A DNA stretch of 24,872 bases from Actinomycetota bacterium (GTDB taxonomy: Bacteria; Actinomycetota; Acidimicrobiia; Spongiisociales; UBA11373): assembly GCA_030688105.1 (NCBI GenBank), contig JAUYIV010000204.1:1-24872 (forward strand), read 5' to 3'. Positions 18,546 to 24,872 of the stretch are shown here, in pieces. The notes below the pieces were generated by a model. It did no database searches. It saw nothing but the letters and a program-made list of their open reading frames with translations, and was not told the DNA's origin. Within the stretch, counting starts at the first letter, position 1; each line of letters starts with the position of its first letter. The position numbers and the translations under genes were made by a program.

Positions 18546-19565
18546 GTGGTGGAGAGTTCGGTCGCAGGTTCCCGCGTGCTGGTGACGGGGGCGGGTCTCG
18601 TGGGGAGGCGGCTCGTCGAGAGGCTGATCGCAGAGAACGCCAAGGAGATTCGGTTGATCGACGTGTCGGCGGCGCGCCTCGCTGAAGCGCCACCGGAGGT
18701 CGAGACGATCGATGGGAACATCAACGACCCGGACCAGGTCATCCCGGCGATGGACGGTGTGGACTTCGTGTTCCACACCGCCGCGGTCCTCGAGGGCAAC
18801 GACGTCGGTGCGTATCACCGTGTCAACCACCGCGGATCGGAGGTGATGGCCACCGCCGCCGCCGCGGCGGAGGTTCACCGTTTCGTTCACCTGTCCTCGG
18901 TCGCCCTCTACGGCTTTGCCGACGGTGACGCCATCGAAGATGGGGAGCCCACTCCCACGGCGCAGGCGTACTCGATGTCGAAGGCGGCGGGGGAGGCGGC
19001 GGTCCTCGAGATCGGCCGGATGACCGGACTGCCCGTGGTCGCCATTCGTCCGGCCGCGATCTTCGGCCCCGGCTCGCGTTTCTTTACCGGGACGTTCATG
19101 AAGCGGGCGTCGAAGCGCCCGATCAGGATGGTCGGCAACGGCAACGGAAGCCAGCCTGTCGTCTTCATCGACGATGTAGTCGATCTCATGCTCACCGTGG
19201 CGACCCATCCGTTGGCCGTCGGCGAGGTGTTCAACTGCTCGATCGATCCTCCGCCCAGCCAGAAGGAGTACGTCCAGGCCTACGGGAAGCTGATCGGGAA
19301 CCAGTCTTACGTCGGGATCCCCACCTGGCTGGTGGCGGGAGCGGGATCTGTGATCGTGCCGTTCTCGAAGCGGGGAACCTACGCCCGCCAGCTGCCGAGG
19401 AACGTCAGGCACATCGACAAGTGGGTGCGCTATCCGATGGACAAGGCGGCGCGGGTCCTCGATTGGCGTCCCCAGTTCGACGTCGAGTCCGGTGTCCGGG
19501 CATCGGTGCCGTGGCTCGTCGGGCAGGGCCTGCTCGATCCGGCGGAGATCGCCGGGCTGCGCTAG
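18546..19565 (+). CDS. NAD-dependent epimerase/dehydratase family protein (extended SDR, 339 aa)
   Basis: [10 protein letters not shown] Rossmann motif, [16 protein letters not shown], catalytic [14 protein letters not shown]; GAGGAG RBS. Confidence 0.92.
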   Translation: MVESSVAGSRVLVTGAGLVGRRLVERLIAENAKEIRLIDVSAARLAEAPPEVETIDGNINDPDQVIPAMDGVDFVFHTAAVLEGNDVGAYHRVNHRGSEVMATAAAAAEVHRFVHLSSVALYGFADGDAIEDGEPTPTAQAYSMSKAAGEAAVLEIGRMTGLPVVAIRPAAIFGPGSRFFTGTFMKRASKRPIRMVGNGNGSQPVVFIDDVVDLMLTVATHPLAVGEVFNCSIDPPPSQKEYVQAYGKLIGNQSYVGIPTWLVAGAGSVIVPFSKRGTYARQLPRNVRHIDKWVRYPMDKAARVLDWRPQFDVESGVRASVPWLVGQGLLDPAEIAGLR

Positions 19566-19590
19566 GCGGTCGGCGGCCCGCCGCCGCGCC
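19565..19590. terminator. GC-rich hairpin between convergent stop codons (possible bidirectional terminator, no U-tract)
   Basis: GGCG-gt-CGGCGG-cccg-CCGCCG-CGCC: 10-bp stem with a 2-nt bulge. Confidence 0.45.
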
Positions 19591-20163
19591 TCACCAACCC
19601 CCGCGGTGGTCTCGCCCGGGGCGGCGCCCTCGGTCGAGCGACCCCGATCTGCGGTCCGGTGCGGGGTGGCCGATGGTGACGAGCCCGAGGACCTCGACGT
19701 CCTTCGGGATGCCGAGCAGAGCCCCGACCGCGTCCATCCCGCGTGCCCCGTGGACCCCGGCGCCGAGGCCCTCGTCGACCGCGGCGAGAAGGATCGCCAT
19801 GAGGGCCGCTCCCCCGTCTACCCACCACCAGGGGACGCCCTCGAGGGCGGCCGGGTCCTTGTCGGGCTCGGAGTAGCGCTTCCGATAGACCCCCGGCTCT
19901 ACGCACAGGACGATGTGGGCCCCGGCCGAGGAGAGCCATCGGTCGAATCCCGAGGCCACGTAGTCGTCCTCGCCGCACAGCAGGGCGATCTGCCCGATGC
20001 GCTCGGGATCGTCGACAACGACCGCCGAGATCCCCTGAGACCATCCTGCCGACGGGCCACGGAACCCGGCATCCACGATGCGATCGAGGGCTCCGGCGGG
20101 CAGGGGCTCCCCCGTGTAGTTGCGTACCATGCGCCTCCGGCGCAGGGCGTCCCGCAGCTCCAT
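19591..20163 (-). CDS. Nitroreductase family (FMN) protein (190 aa)
   Basis: [44 protein letters not shown]...LVTIGHP; TGATG overlap with the pntB stop. Confidence 0.92.
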   Translation of the reverse strand: MELRDALRRRRMVRNYTGEPLPAGALDRIVDAGFRGPSAGWSQGISAVVVDDPERIGQIALLCGEDDYVASGFDRWLSSAGAHIVLCVEPGVYRKRYSEPDKDPAALEGVPWWWVDGGAALMAILLAAVDEGLGAGVHGARGMDAVGALLGIPKDVEVLGLVTIGHPAPDRRSGSLDRGRRPGRDHRGGW

Positions 20164-21533
20164 CAGACCGTCTCGAGCGCCACGGTCAGGTCGGCCAGCG
20201 CCTTCTTGGCGTCGGCAAAGAGCATCAGCGTGCCCTCGTCGTAGAACAGCGGGTTGTCGATGCCGGCGAAACCCGGCGACATGCTCCGTTTTACCACCAC
20301 GACGGTCCGGGCCCTGTCGACCTCGATGATGGGCATCCCGTAGATCGGGCTTTCGGCGTCATCACGGGCGGAGGGATTCACCACGTCGTTGGCCCCCAGC
20401 ACGAGCACGACGTCGGTGCGGGAGAGCACCGAGTTGGTGTCATCGAGGTCGAGGAGCCGGTCATAGGGGATCTCGGCCTCGGCGAGGAGGACGTTCATGT
20501 GGCCCGGCATCCGCCCGGCCACGGGGTGGATGCCGTAGACCACCTCGACGCCGCGGCGCTCGAGCTCGTCTGCCACCTCGCGGAGCTGGTGCTGGGCCTG
20601 GGCCACGGCCAGCCCGTATCCGGGGACGATCACGACCCGGTTGGCGTAGGAGAGGGCGACGGCGAGATCTCCGGGGGTCGTCGTGCGGACGTCACCTCCG
20701 GCGGAGGCCGCCGGAGCGGCGCCCTCGCCGGTGCCGAATGCGCCGAAGAGGACGTTGGCCAGCGAACGGTTCATTGCCTCGGTCATCAACTTCGTCAGGA
20801 TCAGCCCCGAGGCCCCAACGAGGGCGCCTCCGATGATGAGTGCCGAGTTCTCGATCACGAACCCGGTGGCGGCCGCGGCGAGGCCGGACAGCGAGTTGAG
20901 CAGGGCGATGACGACCGGCATGTCGGCGCCGCCGATCGGGATCACGAGCAGCACCCCGAGGACGAGCGAGATCACTCCCATGCCCCAGAACGCCAGAGGG
21001 TCCTGGCTGGTCTGGCTCCACACCCCCGCCGTCAGCAGGCCGACGAGGAGCGCGGCGTTCAACGTCTTTTGACCTGGATAGGTGATCGGCGATCCGCTGA
21101 GCAGGCCCTGGAGCTTGGCGTACGCCACCAGGCTGCCGGTGAAGGTGATCCCGCCGATGCCGACGGAGAGGAGGATCGTCAGCATCTCCACGGTCTCGAT
21201 CTCTCCGGTCACGGTGACGTAGACCGCTCCGGCGACGAGGGCCGAGGCCAGGCCGCCGAAGCCGTTGAAAGCGGCCACGAGCTGGGGCATCGCGGTCATC
21301 TGGACCCGCAGCGCCAGGACTGCCCCGACGACTGCACCGACCGCGGCTCCGGCTCCGAGCACGACCCACGAGACCTCGCTGTCGACCAGCGTGACGACGA
21401 CGGCCAGCAGCATGCCGACGGCAGCCACCGCATTGCCCGACCGGGCGGTGCGCGGTGACCCGAGGCGCCTGAGCCCGATGATGAAGGCGACCGCGGCGAG
21501 CAGGTAGAGGAGCGCCTGAACCTCGGGGCTCAC
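20163..21533 (-). CDS. pntB: NAD(P) transhydrogenase beta subunit (456 aa)
   Basis: MTAMPQLVAAFNGFGG, IGGADMPVVIALLNS, GIHPVAGRMPGHMNVLLAEA, GANDVVNP, KRSMSPGFAGIDNPLF. Confidence 0.98.
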   Translation of the reverse strand: MSPEVQALLYLLAAVAFIIGLRRLGSPRTARSGNAVAAVGMLLAVVVTLVDSEVSWVVLGAGAAVGAVVGAVLALRVQMTAMPQLVAAFNGFGGLASALVAGAVYVTVTGEIETVEMLTILLSVGIGGITFTGSLVAYAKLQGLLSGSPITYPGQKTLNAALLVGLLTAGVWSQTSQDPLAFWGMGVISLVLGVLLVIPIGGADMPVVIALLNSLSGLAAAATGFVIENSALIIGGALVGASGLILTKLMTEAMNRSLANVLFGAFGTGEGAAPAASAGGDVRTTTPGDLAVALSYANRVVIVPGYGLAVAQAQHQLREVADELERRGVEVVYGIHPVAGRMPGHMNVLLAEAEIPYDRLLDLDDTNSVLSRTDVVLVLGANDVVNPSARDDAESPIYGMPIIEVDRARTVVVVKRSMSPGFAGIDNPLFYDEGTLMLFADAKKALADLTVALETV

Positions 21534-21829
21534 TCGCGGCCCTCCCGCCTGGGTCGGCGGAACATACCGAGCATCCGGTCCGTCACCAGGAACCCACCGA
21601 CCACGTTGATGGTCGCCGACCCCACCGCCAGGAAGGCCAAAGACGCCGCCAGCAGGTCGTTCTCGATCCCGGTGGCGATGATCGCTCCCACGATCGTGAT
21701 GCCGGAGATCGCATTGGAACCCGACATCAACGGCGTGTGCAGCGTCGGAGGCACCTTGGTGATGAGCTCGAAGCCGATGAAGGACGCCAGCACGAAGACG
21801 ACGACCCCGACCACCACCGGGTCGAGCAT
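21530..21829 (-). CDS. pntA: NAD(P) transhydrogenase alpha subunit part 2, membrane part (99 aa)
   Basis: KVPPTLHTPLMSGSNAISG, NVVGGFLVTDRMLGMF; ATG 21829 in a TGATG overlap. Confidence 0.96.
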   Translation of the reverse strand: MLDPVVVGVVVFVLASFIGFELITKVPPTLHTPLMSGSNAISGITIVGAIIATGIENDLLAASLAFLAVGSATINVVGGFLVTDRMLGMFRRPRREGRE

Positions 21830-22944
21830 CAGATTCCCCCCTCGACGGCGTCGCGGACCCGCTGGTTGACGATCTCGCCTCCGCGGGTCACGCACGCCGA
21901 TGCGATCTCGTCTTCGGGGTCGATCCGCAGCTCGCCGTCCTCGATCAGGTGATCGAGCAGAGAGATGATGTTTCGGCTGTACATCTCGGAGGCATCGCCC
22001 GCCCCGCGGGAGGCGAGGTCGAGCGGCCCGTGGATGGTCACCGCACCGTGGATGACGATCTCGCCGGGCCGGGTGAGCTCGCAGTTGCCTCCGGTGGATG
22101 CCGCCGCATCGACGACGACCGCCCCGGGCCGCATCGACTCGACCATCTCCTTGGTGACCAGCACCGGGGCGCGCCGCCCGGGAACCTGCGCCGTGGTGAT
22201 CACGACGTCGCTCTCGGCGACGGCGGCGGCGAGCGCCTCCTGCTGGGCCTGACGAGTCGCCGGATCGACCTCGCCGGCGTACCCATCGGCCTCCTCGGCG
22301 TCGAGGGTGACCGGACCGCCCACGAACTTGACGCCGAGGCTCTCGATCTGCTCGCGGGCGGCCGGCCGGATGTCGTACCCGGACACCACCCCCCCGAGGC
22401 GCTTGGCGGTGGCGATCGCCTGGAGCCCGGCCACCCCCGCGCCGAGCACGAGCACCCTGGAGGGGCGGATCGTGCCGGCGGCAGTCATCATCATGGGGAA
22501 GAGACGGGGGAGGGCGGACGCCGCCACGAGCACTGCCTCATATCCGGCGACGGTCGCCTGGCTGGAGAGGGCGTCCATGCTCTGGGCGAGAGTGGTCCGG
22601 GGGATGAGCTCCATCGCAATCGCGGTGATACCGGCGCCGGCGATGCGACGGATCTCCTCGGGGTCGCCGAGTGGGTCGAGAAACGCCACGACTGCGGCGG
22701 CGGGCCCGATCTCGTGGGCCGTGAGGGGGCCGACCCCGAGCACCAGATCGGCCCGGGGCGGGTCGCCGCCGAGCACCTCGGCCCCGGCGGCGGCATAGGC
22801 GCCGTCGAGGAATCCCGCCTCGACGCCCGCTCCAGGATCGAGAACCACCCGGTGGCCCCGCTCGACCAGACTCGAGACTCCTCGGGGGGTCAGGGCGACG
22901 CGGCGCTCACCAGGGCGTGGTTCGCTGAGGACGCGTATCAGCAT
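21829..22944 (-). CDS. pntA: NAD(P) transhydrogenase alpha subunit part 1, domain I (371 aa)
   Basis: GERRVALTP, AQSMDALSSQA, MMMTAAGT, GAGVAGLQAIATAKRLG, ITTAQVPG, GGNCELT. Confidence 0.97.
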   Translation of the reverse strand: MLIRVLSEPRPGERRVALTPRGVSSLVERGHRVVLDPGAGVEAGFLDGAYAAAGAEVLGGDPPRADLVLGVGPLTAHEIGPAAAVVAFLDPLGDPEEIRRIAGAGITAIAMELIPRTTLAQSMDALSSQATVAGYEAVLVAASALPRLFPMMMTAAGTIRPSRVLVLGAGVAGLQAIATAKRLGGVVSGYDIRPAAREQIESLGVKFVGGPVTLDAEEADGYAGEVDPATRQAQQEALAAAVAESDVVITTAQVPGRRAPVLVTKEMVESMRPGAVVVDAAASTGGNCELTRPGEIVIHGAVTIHGPLDLASRGAGDASEMYSRNIISLLDHLIEDGELRIDPEDEIASACVTRGGEIVNQRVRDAVEGGI

Positions 22945-22954
22945 GCGGGGCCAC

Positions 22955-22960
22955 AGGCTA
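22955..22960 (-). promoter_or_regulatory. Candidate -10 TAGCCT for pntA1 (leaderless or very short leader)
   Basis: TANNNT 10 nt before the ATG; no Shine-Dalgarno sequence; same hexamer as the repair-gene promoter. Confidence 0.4.
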
Positions 22961-23008
22961 ACGAGCGGACGAGCCGCCCCCGGTCACACATCGGCCGCAA
23001 GCCCCGGA

Positions 23009-23428
23009 TCAGGCTCGCGCCGCCTCGGTCGCCGCCCACTCAGACCAACGCGTCACGCGGATCTCGATGATGGGCCCCTCGATGGGGTGCTCCCGGTAGC
23101 CGGGGTAGCGGCGCGCCAGAAGCGCGGCGGCGTCGCGGTGGCCGGGCCCATCAGGCTGGATGATCGAGGCATGCCCGTCGGCACGGACCCACCACAGCCG
23201 ATCCCACTGCTCCTCATAATGGTCCACCAGCACCGACACCCGCGGTTCGGCGGCGACGTTGTCGAGGCGCTTCAGGCGGATGGTGCGCTTGGGCTTGTGG
23301 TCGATCGCCGTCACGATCCGGTCCCCATCGATTGCGAAGGTGATCGCCACGACGTGGGGCGCACCGTCGCCGCCAACGGTGGCGAGGCGGGCGACCCGGG
23401 CCCCGGCAAAGCGCTCGGCGGGGGTCAT
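23009..23428 (-). CDS. PPOX-class putative F420-dependent oxidoreductase (Rv0121-like, 139 aa)
   Basis: VARLATV..DGAPHVV, IDHKPKR..RLKRLDNV..EPRVSVLVDHY..WDRLWWVRADG; ATG 23428 overlaps the zwf stop (ATGA). Confidence 0.88.
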   Translation of the reverse strand: MTPAERFAGARVARLATVGGDGAPHVVAITFAIDGDRIVTAIDHKPKRTIRLKRLDNVAAEPRVSVLVDHYEEQWDRLWWVRADGHASIIQPDGPGHRDAAALLARRYPGYREHPIEGPIIEIRVTRWSEWAATEAARA

Positions 23429-24864
23429 CCGCCGGTCGCCCAGCGGTCGGTGAGCGGGTCGAGCAGGGCGCGCGCCCCGTCCGGTCCCCACGAGCCCGCG
23501 GGATAGGGATGAAGCGGGAGGTCCTGGTGGAGGAGGGGGGTGTAGAGCCGCCACGCCTCCTCGACCTCGTCCGATCGCACGAACAGCGTGGGATCGCCCT
23601 CGATGACGTCGGCCAGCAGGGTCTCGTATGCATCGGGTATGTCACCGAAAGCCTCGGAATACGAGAAGTGGAGCGGGATGCGCCGGAGTTGGAACTGGTC
23701 GGCGGGCTCCTTCACCTCGATCACCAGTGAGAAGCCCTCCTCGGGCTGCAGCGTCAGATACAGGACGTTGCCCGTCGACATGCAGTCGTCGGGCCGGCCG
23801 TGGAAGAGACAGACCGGCGGGCCCCGGAAGGTGACCGCAACCTGGGTCTGACGGCGCGCCAGCGCCTTTCCGGTCCGCAGGTAGAACGGCACGCCCTGCC
23901 AGCGCCAGTTGTCGATGGAGAGACGGAGGGCGGCGTAGGTGGGGGTGCCGCTGGCGGGATCGACGCCGGGGGAGGCGCGGTACGGGGCGATGGGCTCGCC
24001 TTCTATCGAGCCACCCTGGTATTGGCCGATCACCACAGCCGAGGGATCGACCGAGTGGATCGAGCGAAGCACTTTCACCTTCTCGTCGCGGACGTCGCCG
24101 GCGGTGAAGGCCGTCGGGGCCTCCATCGCGGTCAGGGTGAGGATCTGGCTGAGGTGGCTCTGGACCATGTCGCGCAGGACGCCGGCCTCGTCGTAGTAAC
24201 GGCCCCGGGTGCCGACTCCGAGTGACTCGGCGACGGTTATCTCGACCCGCTCGACGCGGTCCCGGTTCCACGACGCCTCGAAGATGGGATTGCCGAAACG
24301 GAACACCAGGAGGTTCTGGACGCTGGCCTTTCCGAGGTAGTGGTCGATGCGATAGACGGCGGCCTCGCCGAAGTGGGCATGTACCAATCGATTGAGTTGC
24401 CGAGCGCTGGCGAGGTCGTGGCCGAAGGGCTTCTCGACCACGAGACGGGTCCACCCCGGGCCGTCGGCGAGGCCGGCGGCGCCGAGTCTCTCGATCGCGT
24501 CGGGCACCACCTCCGGAGGGATGGCGAGGTAGACCACCCGGTTGCCGGGGAGCCGCAGCTCTGCTTCGAGGTCGACGATGCGCTTGGCGAGGCCCTCGTA
24601 GCCGCGGTCGCGCCCGACCGGTTCGTAGAACACATGGCGACCGGTCCACTCGACGGCGGGTGCCCGCCCGACGCCGGAGGCGGTGAGCGCCTCTACGGCG
24701 CGATCGCGGAAGCCCTCGTCGCCCAGGACGGACGTCGCCGCGCCCAGCACGATGGAAGCTCCGGGGTCGTGGTGCATCAGGTCGTAGAGCGCGGGAAGCA
24801 ATTTTCGAGAAGTGAGGTCGCCGGTTGCGCCGATGACGACGAACAGGTGGCGTTCCATGGTCAT
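23425..24864 (-). CDS. zwf: Glucose-6-phosphate 1-dehydrogenase (479 aa)
   Basis: GATGDL..RKLLPALY, VVEKPFG, YRIDHYLGK, RDMVQSHL, RWQGVPFYLRTGK, AYETLL, FVRSDEVEEAW; start ATG 24864 or 24858. Confidence 0.97.
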   Translation of the reverse strand: MTMERHLFVVIGATGDLTSRKLLPALYDLMHHDPGASIVLGAATSVLGDEGFRDRAVEALTASGVGRAPAVEWTGRHVFYEPVGRDRGYEGLAKRIVDLEAELRLPGNRVVYLAIPPEVVPDAIERLGAAGLADGPGWTRLVVEKPFGHDLASARQLNRLVHAHFGEAAVYRIDHYLGKASVQNLLVFRFGNPIFEASWNRDRVERVEITVAESLGVGTRGRYYDEAGVLRDMVQSHLSQILTLTAMEAPTAFTAGDVRDEKVKVLRSIHSVDPSAVVIGQYQGGSIEGEPIAPYRASPGVDPASGTPTYAALRLSIDNWRWQGVPFYLRTGKALARRQTQVAVTFRGPPVCLFHGRPDDCMSTGNVLYLTLQPEEGFSLVIEVKEPADQFQLRRIPLHFSYSEAFGDIPDAYETLLADVIEGDPTLFVRSDEVEEAWRLYTPLLHQDLPLHPYPAGSWGPDGARALLDPLTDRWATGG

Positions 24865-24872
24865 CGGGTGGG

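Noticed and set aside
18384-19412. 343-aa in-frame extension upstream of MetK, suggesting a fusion
   Set aside because: Antisense to the epimerase gene; MetK has its own RBS and start at 18383.

Overview
High-GC (roughly 70% by eye) bacterial chromosomal window, most consistent with an actinobacterium such as Acidimicrobiia (inferred from F420-dependent oxidoreductase families, a DnaQ-UvrC fusion, a CGAAC-N4-GTTCG LexA box and TANNNT leaderless promoters). About 26 genes, nearly all on the minus strand. Left to right: a translationally coupled System I cytochrome c maturation operon (ccmA-B-C-D-E-F-H plus a truncated CcmI-like TPR gene; the 39-aa ccmD is missing from the ORF track); a divergent PLP threonine/serine dehydratase; a LexA-boxed DEDDh/GIY-YIG repair gene; a duplicated-domain membrane protein, TrmH methyltransferase, long TPM-domain protein, Ddn-like protein and DUF1684 protein; an osmoprotectant ABC transporter; metK; a divergent NAD-dependent epimerase; and a redox block (zwf, PPOX F420 protein, pntA1-A2-B, nitroreductase). 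No rRNA, tRNA, CRISPR, transposase or integrase was seen. The most unusual signal is non-coding: eight intergenic 7-nt tandem arrays with different unit sequences, seven ending in register in the same hexamer GCAAGA and the eighth in TCAAGA, which suggests one unidentified mechanism generates them. Second is a Zwf whose NADP-specifying Arg is replaced by Thr, encoded next to transhydrogenase genes. All calls are by eye; no database searches were run.
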